58,889 nucleotides of DNA. It comes from an uncultured Microbacterium sp. (lineage in GTDB: Bacteria > Actinomycetota > Actinomycetes > Actinomycetales > Microbacteriaceae). Below the pieces are notes generated by a model. That model had not been told where the DNA came from. It did not search any database and saw only the letters and a list, made by a program, of their open reading frames with translations. Below, piece after piece: positions 19,959-29,549 of the stretch. Every line of letters starts with the position of its first letter. Position 1 is the first letter of the stretch. A program made the translations under genes and the position numbers. The DNA lies in the NCBI GenBank assembly GCA_964243215.1, contig CAXTES010000002.1, forward strand, positions 1 to 58,889, read 5' to 3'.

Positions 19959-21002
19959 ATGACCGACCCCACCGGCGAGGCGTCCGCGGCCGGTACTCGC
20001 GCCCCGCTGACGCGCCGTGAGGCGGCGGCGATGCGGCGCCGACCGGTGGAGCCGGAGGTGGCCCCGCGGCTGCAGAACTCGGTGCGTGCCGCGCGGACCG
20101 AGTTCGAAAGTCAGGTAGCGCACGCGCGCGCGGAGTTCGACAACGCCAACGAGCGGATCAAGCAGCGCACCGGACGCGACCTGATCGTCGCGACGGCGAT
20201 CGGAATCGGCATCGGCATCGTCGTCATCGCATCCCTGATCTTCTTGAAGTGGCTGTTCGTCTTCTTCGCCCTGGCGGCCAGTGTGGTCGGGATCTTCGAG
20301 TTCGGCCGGGCGCTTCAGGTGTCGGGGCGCCGCGTCGATCTCGTCGTGCAGCTCGTGATCGGCACCCTGCTGACCCTGTCGGGATGGTTCCTGGGCCTGT
20401 GGCTGCAGTGGGTCGTGGTGTTCGCCGCCGTCGTGATCGTCATCGTCTGGCGCCTCGTCGCCCAGATGGTCGCGAAAGACGGTCGCATCTACGCGGCGGT
20501 GCTCGACGATGTGCTGACCGCCGGGCTGCTGCAGCTGTACGTCCCGTTCCTGGCGAGCCTGTGCGTGCTGGTGCTGCGTCAGGACCAGGGCGAGTGGTGG
20601 GTGCTGGCGTTCATCATCGTCGTGGTCGCCTCCGACACCGGCGCCTACGCGACCGGCCTGACCTTCGGCAAGCATCCGATGGCGCCGCGCATCAGCCCGA
20701 AGAAGACCTGGGAGGGCTTCGCGGGCTCCGCGCTGGCCGCTCTGGCAGCCGGCGTCCTGCTGGCGGCCTTCATGCTGCACCTGCCGTGGTGGACGGGGCT
20801 GATCATCGGTGCGGTGATCTTGAGCACCGCCACGGCGGGCGACCTGGGGGAGTCGATGATCAAGCGCGACCTGGGCATCAAAGACATGAGCTCGTGGCTG
20901 CCCGGCCACGGCGGCGTGCTCGATCGGCTCGACTCGATCCTCCCCTCGGCCGCCGGTGCACTGGCGCTGTACTACCTGCTCTCCCCGCTGGCGGCGTCGT
21001 GA
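19959..21002 (+). CDS. cdsA: Phosphatidate cytidylyltransferase
   Basis: SDTGAY, PRISPKKTWEG, GDLGESMIKRDLGIKD, PGHGGVLDRLDS. Confidence 0.96.
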   Translation: MTDPTGEASAAGTRAPLTRREAAAMRRRPVEPEVAPRLQNSVRAARTEFESQVAHARAEFDNANERIKQRTGRDLIVATAIGIGIGIVVIASLIFLKWLFVFFALAASVVGIFEFGRALQVSGRRVDLVVQLVIGTLLTLSGWFLGLWLQWVVVFAAVVIVIVWRLVAQMVAKDGRIYAAVLDDVLTAGLLQLYVPFLASLCVLVLRQDQGEWWVLAFIIVVVASDTGAYATGLTFGKHPMAPRISPKKTWEGFAGSALAALAAGVLLAAFMLHLPWWTGLIIGAVILSTATAGDLGESMIKRDLGIKDMSSWLPGHGGVLDRLDSILPSAAGALALYYLLSPLAAS

Positions 21003-21559
21003 CCGGTGACGCCGACGGGCCGGCCGCCTTCGCCGACGCATCCGGCCGCGAGAGAGGTTACGACAAGCGCGCGGTCGACGAATTCCTCGCCCGCGCCCGC
21101 GGCGCGTTCGAGTCCGACGACGATCAGCTGTCCGCGATCCAGGTGCGGGAGGCGGCTTTTCCGCTCGTGCGACGCGGCTACGCCATTGCGCCGGTGGACG
21201 CGGCCCTGGCCCGTGTCGAGGATGCCTTCGCGGCACGCGAGCGCGAGCGGGCGCTGACCCACGACGGAAGCGAGGCGTACGTTGACGAGATCCGTTCCGA
21301 GGCGCAGGTGGTCCTGGACCGCCTCACACGTCCGAAGGGACGCAGATTCGACCGGGTGAGCGGTCTGCGGTACGGCTATCGCATCGACGAGGTCGACCTG
21401 GTCGCCGACAAGGTGGCGGCATACCTGGCATCCGGCGGTTCCGTCGGCGTCGAGCAGGTGCGCGCGGTGGCGTTCCGGATGCAGCGCGGCGGCTACCGCG
21501 AGTCGCAGGTGGATGCCGTGCTCGACGCGGTCGTGCAGGTCATGCTCGCGGTGGCGTGA
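20999..21559 (+). CDS. DivIVA domain-repeat protein
   Basis: Four GYxxxxVD motifs (GYDKRAVDEFL, GYAIAPVD, GYRIDEVD, GYRESQVD). Confidence 0.88.
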   Translation: MTGDADGPAAFADASGRERGYDKRAVDEFLARARGAFESDDDQLSAIQVREAAFPLVRRGYAIAPVDAALARVEDAFAARERERALTHDGSEAYVDEIRSEAQVVLDRLTRPKGRRFDRVSGLRYGYRIDEVDLVADKVAAYLASGGSVGVEQVRAVAFRMQRGGYRESQVDAVLDAVVQVMLAVA

Positions 21560-21612
21560 GGGAAGACCGCGCGATAGCACGCACCGGAACGTCGGGCTAG
21601 ACTCGCAGAACT

Positions 21613-22353
21613 GTGACTTCCGGCAACGAGATGACACCCGTTACATCCCGTCAGGCAGCACGCCGCTCCCAGGCGTCCGCCCCGGGCCGCCCGGCGGGTC
21701 GTCGCATCGGGACTGCGGCGTCGCGCTGGTCGCGTCGTCGGGGCGTCCTCGGCATCTTCGCCGTATTCGCGGTGCTGGGCTTCGCGGTCGCCTACATCGG
21801 TCCGACCGGCTTCGCGCTGACCAAGGCCCGGGCGACCACGATCCCCGTGACGCTGTACGCCGACACGATCGCCGACGTGCAGTCGCTGAATGCCGCGGCC
21901 GGCGCCGTCGACGAACCGATCGCTTTGAACCGCGACGGGTACAGCGTCTATGTGACGCCCAAGCCGACGCCCACCCCGACCGCCACCGCCACCGCCAAGG
22001 CCTCGTCCGGCAGCTCGGGCGGCTGGTCGGTGCCGTTCGTCTCGCCCGATCCGGGCAGCGCGCAGGCCATCGCGTACGACATGGTCATGGCGCGCGGCTG
22101 GGGCGACGACGAGTTCTCGTGCCTCGTGGCGCTGTGGAACCGCGAATCCGGGTGGCGGGTGAACGCCTACAACTCCGGCAGCGGGGCGTACGGCATCCCG
22201 CAGGCACTGCCCGGCAGCAAGATGGCATCCGCGGGCGACGACTGGGAAACCAATCCCGCCACGCAGATCTCGTGGGGTCTGGGCTACATCGAAGGCCGAT
22301 ACGGCACGCCCTGCGGCGCGTGGGGGCATTCGCAGAGCACCGGCTGGTACTGA
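21613..22353 (+). CDS. Membrane-anchored lytic transglycosylase (SLT/aggregation-promoting-factor-like)
   Basis: TM, Pro/Thr linker, CLVALWNRESGW, GAYGIPQALP, NPATQISWGLGYI.GRYG.PCGAW. Confidence 0.88.
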   Translation: MTSGNEMTPVTSRQAARRSQASAPGRPAGRRIGTAASRWSRRRGVLGIFAVFAVLGFAVAYIGPTGFALTKARATTIPVTLYADTIADVQSLNAAAGAVDEPIALNRDGYSVYVTPKPTPTPTATATAKASSGSSGGWSVPFVSPDPGSAQAIAYDMVMARGWGDDEFSCLVALWNRESGWRVNAYNSGSGAYGIPQALPGSKMASAGDDWETNPATQISWGLGYIEGRYGTPCGAWGHSQSTGWY

Positions 22354-22357
22354 TCCG

Positions 22358-22642
22358 ATGCCGCGGGCGAACCGGCGGCTCCCGGATCCGCCGCACGGCG
22401 ACTCTTTCGAGCGCATGCTCGCCGGGTGGAAACGCACCGAGACCCGCCGCGGCGCGCAGTGGACCGTCCAGCCGGTCTCGGCCGCTCAGGCGGTGAAGAC
22501 CTACGCCTGCCCCGGATGCGCACGACTCATCGAGCCCGGCACGGCGCACCTGGTGGTGTGGCGGGCCGATGGGGTGCTCGGCGACGCCGCCGACGTCGCG
22601 GCGCGACGACACTGGCACACCGGGTGCTGGAAGGTCTCGTGA
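22358..22642 (+). CDS. Conserved actinobacterial small protein with CPGC...HWH..CW motif (possible Zn-binding)
   Basis: KTYACPGCARLI...AHLVVW...RRHWHTGCW; tightly packed with neighbours. Confidence 0.8.
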   Translation: MPRANRRLPDPPHGDSFERMLAGWKRTETRRGAQWTVQPVSAAQAVKTYACPGCARLIEPGTAHLVVWRADGVLGDAADVAARRHWHTGCWKVS

Positions 22643-23376
22643 CGCTGGAGATCCGCGGTCCGCTGCAGCTGCCGGCCCGCCGCGAGGAGGTCGAGCTCGA
22701 GACGCTCGACGGGCTGACGCTGGTGGGCGAGCTGGCGACGCCCGAGGACCGCGAGCCGGTCGCGACGCTGGTGACCCTGCATCCGCTGCCCACCGCCGGC
22801 GGCTTCATGGACTCGCACATCATCCGAAAGGCGGCGGCGCGGCTACCTGCGCTCGCGGACCTGGCGGTGCTGCGGTTCAACACCCGAGGCACGACTTCCG
22901 CGCGGGGCACGAGCGAGGGAGCCTTCGACGGCGGTCGTGCGGAGGCATTCGACCTGGCCGCCGCGATGGACTTCGTCGCAGATCGCGCGCTGCCGCATCC
23001 GTGGCTGGTCGGGTGGTCGTTCGGCACCGAGATCGCCCTCAAGTACGGACGCGACCACCCGGTCGACGGTGTCATCCTGCTCTCCCCGCCGCTGCACCGC
23101 ACCTCCGACGAGGAGTTGGCGGCGTGGGCGCACGACGCGCGGCCGATGATCGCGCTGATCCCGGAGTTCGACGACTACCTGCGGCCTGAACCGGCGGCGC
23201 AGCGCTTCGCGCTGGCCCCGCGCACCGTGCTGGTACCGGTCGAGGGCGGCAAGCACCTGTGGGTCGGCGAGACCCAGACGCGGCGGGTCCTCACCGAGAT
23301 CGTCGCGGCCGTGAACCCGTCGGCGCTGCCGCTGCCGACGGAGTGGGACCCTATCGCTCGTTCTGGCGGGGGATGA
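22639..23376 (+). CDS. Alpha/beta hydrolase
   Basis: HPLPTAGGFMD, LRFNTRG, GWSFG nucleophile elbow, KHLW. Confidence 0.9.
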   Translation: MTLEIRGPLQLPARREEVELETLDGLTLVGELATPEDREPVATLVTLHPLPTAGGFMDSHIIRKAAARLPALADLAVLRFNTRGTTSARGTSEGAFDGGRAEAFDLAAAMDFVADRALPHPWLVGWSFGTEIALKYGRDHPVDGVILLSPPLHRTSDEELAAWAHDARPMIALIPEFDDYLRPEPAAQRFALAPRTVLVPVEGGKHLWVGETQTRRVLTEIVAAVNPSALPLPTEWDPIARSGGG

Positions 23377-24409
23377 CCACCTGGCGGTAGATGATCAGGA
23401 TGCTCGCCGCGACCGGGATCGCCACGAGCGCCCCGAGAAGGCCGAGGAGGGACCCGCCGGCGAGCGCGGCGATGACCACCACCGCACCCGGGATCGACAC
23501 CGCGCGATTCATGATCCGCGGCGAGATGATGTACGCCTCGACCTGCATGTAGACGAGGTAGTAGATCGCCGCGGCGATGATCGCCCAGGTCGGGGTGCCC
23601 AGCCCCGGGATGAGGCACGTCAGCACGATGATCACCGAGCCGGTGAGCGTTCCCACCAGCGGGATGAGCGAGAACGAGAAGGCGAGCACGGCGAGCACGG
23701 CGGGGAACGGCGCGCGGATGATGTTGAGGAAGATGAAGCTCAGGATGCCGTTGATCGCGCCGAGCGCCACCTGGCCCATCACGTAGTAGCCGACCGAGTC
23801 GGTGATCTGCTCCGACAGGTCGATGAAACGGGGACGCTTCGACGCCGGCACGAGCTGGTAGACCGCCGCCTTGATGGCCGGGGTCGAGGCGGTGAAGTAG
23901 ATCGTGAGGATCAGCACCAGGAAAGCCCCGGTCAGGCCGCCGACGAAGGCGATGCTGACGTTGATCACACCGCCGGTGATCGACCCCCAGTTCTGCAGCA
24001 GCCAGTTCTGCGCGTTCGTAACGGTGTCTTCGAGGAATGACGGCTGCAGGCCCGGGAACAGGCCCTGCAGCCATGCCTGCACATCGTCGATCGAGGTGCC
24101 CTGCAACCAGTTGGTCAGCTCGCTGACCAGCTGGGTGACCTGTCCGACGATGATCGGCACGACCAGCAGCACGATCCCGGCGAAGATCAGCAGCACCCCG
24201 AGGATCGTGATGAGCACGGCCGCCCAGCGCGGTAGCCGGCGGCGCTCCAGGAAGGACACCACCGGCTCGAGACCGAGGGACAGGAACAGTGCGGTGCCGA
24301 TGTACAGCAGGATCGTGGACAGGGTCTGGACGCTGCCGATGAACAGCAGGCCGAGCCCCACGCCGAGCGTCGCGACGAACGCGACCCGGAACGGATTCTG
24401 CAGCTTCAC
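23351..24409 (-). CDS. AI-2E (PerM) family transporter
   Basis: Multiple TMs; LIPLVG, QVEAYIISPRIM, GLLGALVAIP. Confidence 0.9.
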   Translation of the reverse strand: MKLQNPFRVAFVATLGVGLGLLFIGSVQTLSTILLYIGTALFLSLGLEPVVSFLERRRLPRWAAVLITILGVLLIFAGIVLLVVPIIVGQVTQLVSELTNWLQGTSIDDVQAWLQGLFPGLQPSFLEDTVTNAQNWLLQNWGSITGGVINVSIAFVGGLTGAFLVLILTIYFTASTPAIKAAVYQLVPASKRPRFIDLSEQITDSVGYYVMGQVALGAINGILSFIFLNIIRAPFPAVLAVLAFSFSLIPLVGTLTGSVIIVLTCLIPGLGTPTWAIIAAAIYYLVYMQVEAYIISPRIMNRAVSIPGAVVVIAALAGGSLLGLLGALVAIPVAASILIIYRQVVIPRQNER

Positions 24410-24583
24410 CGGCGGGCTCCTGTTCGCGCCACGCGATTCGCGGCTGTTCCGCCAGAATACGCACACCGCGCAGCCGCCTCGGGCATTGGCCCCTTTCGGT
24501 CGACTTTCAGCCGGTCTCCGCTAACCTGGAACGTCGAGTCGACGGCCCGCCGTGCCCTGTGTGCGGGCTTTGGAGGATCATTC

Positions 24584-26431
24584 GTGCGTTTCGTTTGGGC
24601 TGTCGCGGCATTCGTCATCGCCGCGCTGATGATCGTCGCAGGCATCGCCGAACGCACCGTCTTCCAGGGCCCAAAGACCGAATCCGCGTCGATCTCGGTC
24701 AGTCAGGAAGCGCCGTACACGCTGATCGACGGGGCCGTGCTGAACAAGCTGCCGGGTACCCAGACGCTGCGCGCCGAGTCCGACGGGACGATCTTCGTCG
24801 CCTACGGCCGGACGACGGACGTGAAGGCGTGGCTGGCCGACACCAGCTACAACGAGGTGTCGCTCGGCGCCGGCGCGGCGGTGTCCACCTCACTGGTCCA
24901 GCCGTCCGCGACGCCGGCCCCGGCGGAGGGGACGGCGACGCCCGCCCCGGTTGCCGGCGGCGACGCGACCGGTTCCGCGACGCAACCGGTCGCCGGTCGC
25001 AACCCGGTCGGATCGGACCTGTGGCTCGACGAGTACCAGCAGGACGACCTGCTCATCGCGCCACTGCAGCTGCCCGACACGATGAGCGTGATCGTGGCAT
25101 CCGACGGCTCCGCGCCGGCGCCGGCATCGCTGACCGTCACCTGGCCGATTCAGAACGCGACGCCGTGGGCCGGCCCGCTGATCGTCGGCGGCGGCATCCT
25201 CATGCTCGTCGGCGTGTTCTTGTACATCCTCGCCATCCGCCACGTGCGCCGTTCGCGCGGGCCCCGGCGCAAGGCGCTGCCGCCGCTGCCGGAGACCGAG
25301 CCGATCGACCTGGCCGTGACGGACGCGGACAAGGGCGTGATCACCGCGACACCGTCGCGGCGGAGCCTCGCCCAGCGTCGCGGTTTCGTGGCGCTTCCGG
25401 CGGTCGCGGTGACCGCGCTGCTACTGTCGGGATGCTCGTCGGACGCGTGGCCGCAGTTCGCCGGATCCGCCACGCCCACACCGACCGAAACCGTGATCGT
25501 GCCGGAGGGGCAGGACGCACCGGCGGTCACGGAGGCCCAGGCCCAGCGCATCCTCACCCGCGTCGCCGAGACGGTCGCCGACGCCGACGCGGCGAAGGAT
25601 CCCACGATGGCCGCGACGCGCCTCGACGGTGCGATGCTCGCGTCCCGGTCGACCAACTACAAGCTGCGCACCGCCATCTCCGACTACGCGAGCCCGTCGG
25701 CGATCCCGACCAAACCGCTGGCGATCCTGCTGCCGCAGGCGTACGACGGGTGGCCCCGCACCGTGATGACGGTCGTGAAGGACACCACCGACGCGACCGT
25801 GCCGCCCGCGATCATGCTGCTGACCCAGCAGGACCCGTGGTCCGAGTACAAGCTGAGTTACGCCGGCAAGATGGAGGCATCCGCCGAGATCCCCGCCGTG
25901 GCTCCGTCCTACGTCGGCGCGGTGCAGGTGCAGCCGGACTCGTCGTTCCTGAAGATGGCGCCCGACCAGCTCGCCGCCTCGTACGCGGACGTGCTCGCCA
26001 ACGGTGACAGCAGCCCGTTCGCCGGTGACTTCGACGCCGACAGCGACCAGTACCGCACCAGCGTCGTCCAGGACCGCCAGAAGCGGCTCGACGACTTCAA
26101 CCAGACCGCCTCATCGACAGGCAGTCTGACATTTGCGTCATCGGCGGGATCGCAGCCGGCGGTCGCCCTGGCGACGATCGAAAGCGGCGCCATCGTCGCG
26201 GTCAACGTCAACGAGGTCGACACCGTCAAGCCGACCGACGCCGATGCCGTGATCAAACTCGACAACAACCCCACCGTGAAGGCCCTCACCGGAGTGGACC
26301 AGTCGCAGACCGGATTCACGACGACCTTCAGCGACCAGCTCTTCTTCTACGTGCCCGGCCAGGGCTCGAGCGAGAAGATCCGGCTGCTCGGATATTCCAG
26401 TGAACTCCTCGATGCGCAGGTGATCCCGTGA
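24584..26431 (+). CDS. Large membrane/secreted hypothetical protein with an internal Tat/lipobox-like segment
   Basis: N-terminal TM, second TM near residue 195, internal RRGFV...LLLSGC; RBS ggagga. Confidence 0.8.
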   Translation: MRFVWAVAAFVIAALMIVAGIAERTVFQGPKTESASISVSQEAPYTLIDGAVLNKLPGTQTLRAESDGTIFVAYGRTTDVKAWLADTSYNEVSLGAGAAVSTSLVQPSATPAPAEGTATPAPVAGGDATGSATQPVAGRNPVGSDLWLDEYQQDDLLIAPLQLPDTMSVIVASDGSAPAPASLTVTWPIQNATPWAGPLIVGGGILMLVGVFLYILAIRHVRRSRGPRRKALPPLPETEPIDLAVTDADKGVITATPSRRSLAQRRGFVALPAVAVTALLLSGCSSDAWPQFAGSATPTPTETVIVPEGQDAPAVTEAQAQRILTRVAETVADADAAKDPTMAATRLDGAMLASRSTNYKLRTAISDYASPSAIPTKPLAILLPQAYDGWPRTVMTVVKDTTDATVPPAIMLLTQQDPWSEYKLSYAGKMEASAEIPAVAPSYVGAVQVQPDSSFLKMAPDQLAASYADVLANGDSSPFAGDFDADSDQYRTSVVQDRQKRLDDFNQTASSTGSLTFASSAGSQPAVALATIESGAIVAVNVNEVDTVKPTDADAVIKLDNNPTVKALTGVDQSQTGFTTTFSDQLFFYVPGQGSSEKIRLLGYSSELLDAQVIP

Positions 26432-27372
26432 CCGATATCGCCCCCGGCGCCGTGATGCGTGGCGCCGTCGACCTGTCCGCGCTGCGCAACCGGCCGCAGA
26501 CTCCTGCCACGCAGTCCGCGGAGCCCGGACCGCCCGCGGCATCCGTTGCGTCGCTCGTGATGGACGTCACGGACGAGACGTTCGGCCAGGTGCTGGAGTT
26601 GTCGCGCGCCGTGCCGGTCGTCGTGGACCTGTGGGCCGAGTGGTGCGGACCGTGCAAGCAGCTGAGCCCCATCCTCGAGAAGGTCGTCCGAGAACTGGAC
26701 GGGCGGGTGGTGCTGGCCAAGGTCGACGTCGACGCGAACCCTCAGTTGGCGCAGGGCTTCCGCGCGCAGTCGATCCCGATGGTGGTCGCGCTCGTCGCCG
26801 GCCAGCCGGTGCCGATGTTCACCGGCGCGGTTCCCGAGCAGCAGGTGCGCGAGGTCTTCGCGCAGCTGCTGCAACTGGCCGCGCAGAACGGTGTGACCGG
26901 CACCGTCGAGGTGACCGAGGAAGACACGACGAATGCCGAGGAGCCCGCCGAGCCGGCCCTGCCGCCGCTGCACGCCGAGGCGTTCGACGCGATCGAGGCC
27001 GGCGACTTCGCTCGCGCGGCAGCCGCCTACGAGAAGGCGCTGGTCGAGAACCCCCGAGACGTCGACGCTCGCGCCGGGCTCGGCCAGGTGCGACTGCTGC
27101 TGCGGGTGCAGAACGCGGATCCGCAGACCGCGCGCGCCGCCGCCGCGGCGGGGCCCACGGATGTCGACGCACAGCTCGTCGCGGCCGACCTCGATATCGC
27201 GGGCGGCCACGTCGACGACGCCTTCGACCGCCTGCTCGATCTGTTCGCGGCGGTGCCGACGGATGCCCGCCCGCCGGTGCGCGAGCGACTGCTGGAGCTG
27301 TTCGGTCTTGTCGGAGACACCGACCCGCGCGTCACAGGAGCCCGCGGGCGGCTCGCCAGCCTGCTGTTCTAG
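26428..27372 (+). CDS. Thioredoxin-TPR co-chaperone (YbbN/CnoX family)
   Basis: WAEWCGPC thioredoxin motif followed by TPR-like helices ending RLASLLF. Confidence 0.92.
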   Translation: MTDIAPGAVMRGAVDLSALRNRPQTPATQSAEPGPPAASVASLVMDVTDETFGQVLELSRAVPVVVDLWAEWCGPCKQLSPILEKVVRELDGRVVLAKVDVDANPQLAQGFRAQSIPMVVALVAGQPVPMFTGAVPEQQVREVFAQLLQLAAQNGVTGTVEVTEEDTTNAEEPAEPALPPLHAEAFDAIEAGDFARAAAAYEKALVENPRDVDARAGLGQVRLLLRVQNADPQTARAAAAAGPTDVDAQLVAADLDIAGGHVDDAFDRLLDLFAAVPTDARPPVRERLLELFGLVGDTDPRVTGARGRLASLLF

Positions 27373-29549
27373 TCGTAGATCGGCGGGTCCGGCAGGACGG
27401 CGTTGCGGTCGTGGCGTAGCCACAGCACGCCCAGCGGGGGGAGCACCATCGTCGCTCGGCCGTCCTCGCCGACGTTGACCACGCCGAGGTTCCCCACCCC
27501 CGAGCCGCCGTACGCCTCCGCGTCGCTGTTGAGGATCTCGCGCCACACACCGGTCTCGGGTAGATCGATGTCGTAGTCGCGGACCGGAACCCCCGAGAAG
27601 TTGCAGATCACGGCGACGCAGTTGCCGTGGGAGTCGCGGCGGGTGAATGCGATGACGTTGGGGTTCCAGCTGGGCGCGCCCAGACGGGAGAAGGCGTGAC
27701 CGTCGCTGTCACGCGCCCACAGTGCGGAGTTGTCGCGGTACACCGCGTTGAGGGTCGCCACGAAGCTCTGCAGCTGCGCATGCGACGGCTGGTCGAGGAT
27801 CCACCAGTCCAGCCCCCGCCCCTCCGACCACTCCGACATCTGGCCGAACTCCTGGCCCATGAACAGCAGCTGCTTGCCCGGATGCCCCCACATGTACGCC
27901 AGGAAGGCCCGCATGTTCGCCAGCTTCTGCCAGTGGTCTCCCGGCATCCGGTTGAACAGGCTGCCCTTGCCGTGCACGACCTCGTCGTGGCTGATGGGCA
28001 GGACGAAGTTCTCGCTGAAGGCGTAGACGAACGAGAACGACATCTCGCCCTCGTGGTGCGAGCGGTACATCGGATCCCGCCCCATGTAGACGAGCGAGTC
28101 GTTCATCCAGCCCATGTTCCACTTGAAGCCGAACCCCAGGCCGGCACGGTTGGTCGGTGCGGTGACGCCGGGGAAGCTGGTGGATTCCTCCGCGACCATC
28201 GCGATCCCGGGGTACCGCTTGTACGCGGTGCCGTTGACCTCCTGCAGGAAACGGATCGCCTCGAGGTTCTCCCGCCCGCCGTGCACGTTCGGCGCCCACT
28301 CGCCGTCCTCGCGCGAGTAGTCCAGGTAGAGCATCGAGGCGACGGCATCCACCCGCAGCCCGTCGACGTGGAACTCCTCGTACCAGTACAGGGCATTGGC
28401 GACGAGGAAGTTGCGCACCTCGTTGCGCCCGTAGTCGAAGATGAGCGTGCCCCACTCCTTGTGCTCACCGCGACGGGGGTCGGGATGCTCGTACAGTGGC
28501 TCGCCGTCGAACTTCGCCAGCGCGAACGCATCCTTCGGGAAGTGCCCCGGCACCCAGTCCATGATCACGCCGATGCCGGCCTGATGCAGACGGTCGATGA
28601 GGTAGCGCAGGTCGTCCGGGTGGCCGAAACGGCTCGTCGGGGCGTAGTAGCCGGTGACCTGGTAGCCCCACGATCCGCCGAACGGGTGCTCGGCCAGCGG
28701 CAGGAACTCGATGTGCGTGAAACCCTGCGCCGTCACGTAGTCGATGAGCTGCTCGGCGGCATCCCGGTACGACAGCCCCGGACGCCACGACCCGAGGTGC
28801 ACCTCGTAGACCGACATCGGCTGCGACACCGGCTGCAGCGTCGAGCGGCGCTCGAGCCACGGCCCGTCGCCCCACTCGTACGAGGAGTCGGTGACGACGG
28901 ATGCCGTCGCGGGCGGGACCTCGGCCAGGCGCGCCATGGGGTCGGCCTTGAGGATCCACTGCCCGCCCCGAGTGAGGATCTCGTACTTGTACGCGGTGCC
29001 GGCGCCCAGGCCGGGGATGAACAGCTCCCACACGCCGCTCGAGCCCATGGAGCGCATCGAGTGGCCCTGGCCGTCCCAGCCGTTGAAGTCGCCCACCACG
29101 CGCACCGCGCGGGCGTTCGGCGCCCAGACCGTGAACGCCGTGCCGTCGGTGCCCTCGTGCGTGCGCAGGTGCGAGCCGAGGACGCGCCACAGCTCCTCGT
29201 GACGGCCCTCCGCGATCAGGTGCAGGTCCAGCTCGCCGAGTGTGGGCTGGTGCCGGTAGGGATCGTCGGCGAGGTAGTCGGGAGCGTCGTCGTATGTCGT
29301 CTCGATCATGTACTCCTGCGCACCGCCCGGGTACGAACCCTCCCAGATCCCGGACCGGACATGTGCGAGCGGCACCCGGTCGCCATCGCCGAGCACCGCC
29401 GTGACGCTCTTGGCGAGCGGACGCCGCACCCGGACCGTCCAGCCGGTTCCGGCGGCATCCTCGCCCTGATGCAGCCCGAGCACGCTGTGCGGTGCGTGGT
29501 AGGACCCCGTCGCGACGGTGTCGAGCACCCGGTCATCTGGCCTGGTCAT
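27369..29549 (-). CDS. glgB: 1,4-alpha-glucan branching enzyme
   Basis: VWAPNA, YEVHLGSW, SWGYQVTGYY, DWVPGHFP, GLRVDAVASM, AEEST, ISHDEVVHGK. Confidence 0.97.
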   Translation of the reverse strand: MTRPDDRVLDTVATGSYHAPHSVLGLHQGEDAAGTGWTVRVRRPLAKSVTAVLGDGDRVPLAHVRSGIWEGSYPGGAQEYMIETTYDDAPDYLADDPYRHQPTLGELDLHLIAEGRHEELWRVLGSHLRTHEGTDGTAFTVWAPNARAVRVVGDFNGWDGQGHSMRSMGSSGVWELFIPGLGAGTAYKYEILTRGGQWILKADPMARLAEVPPATASVVTDSSYEWGDGPWLERRSTLQPVSQPMSVYEVHLGSWRPGLSYRDAAEQLIDYVTAQGFTHIEFLPLAEHPFGGSWGYQVTGYYAPTSRFGHPDDLRYLIDRLHQAGIGVIMDWVPGHFPKDAFALAKFDGEPLYEHPDPRRGEHKEWGTLIFDYGRNEVRNFLVANALYWYEEFHVDGLRVDAVASMLYLDYSREDGEWAPNVHGGRENLEAIRFLQEVNGTAYKRYPGIAMVAEESTSFPGVTAPTNRAGLGFGFKWNMGWMNDSLVYMGRDPMYRSHHEGEMSFSFVYAFSENFVLPISHDEVVHGKGSLFNRMPGDHWQKLANMRAFLAYMWGHPGKQLLFMGQEFGQMSEWSEGRGLDWWILDQPSHAQLQSFVATLNAVYRDNSALWARDSDGHAFSRLGAPSWNPNVIAFTRRDSHGNCVAVICNFSGVPVRDYDIDLPETGVWREILNSDAEAYGGSGVGNLGVVNVGEDGRATMVLPPLGVLWLRHDRNAVLPDPPIYD

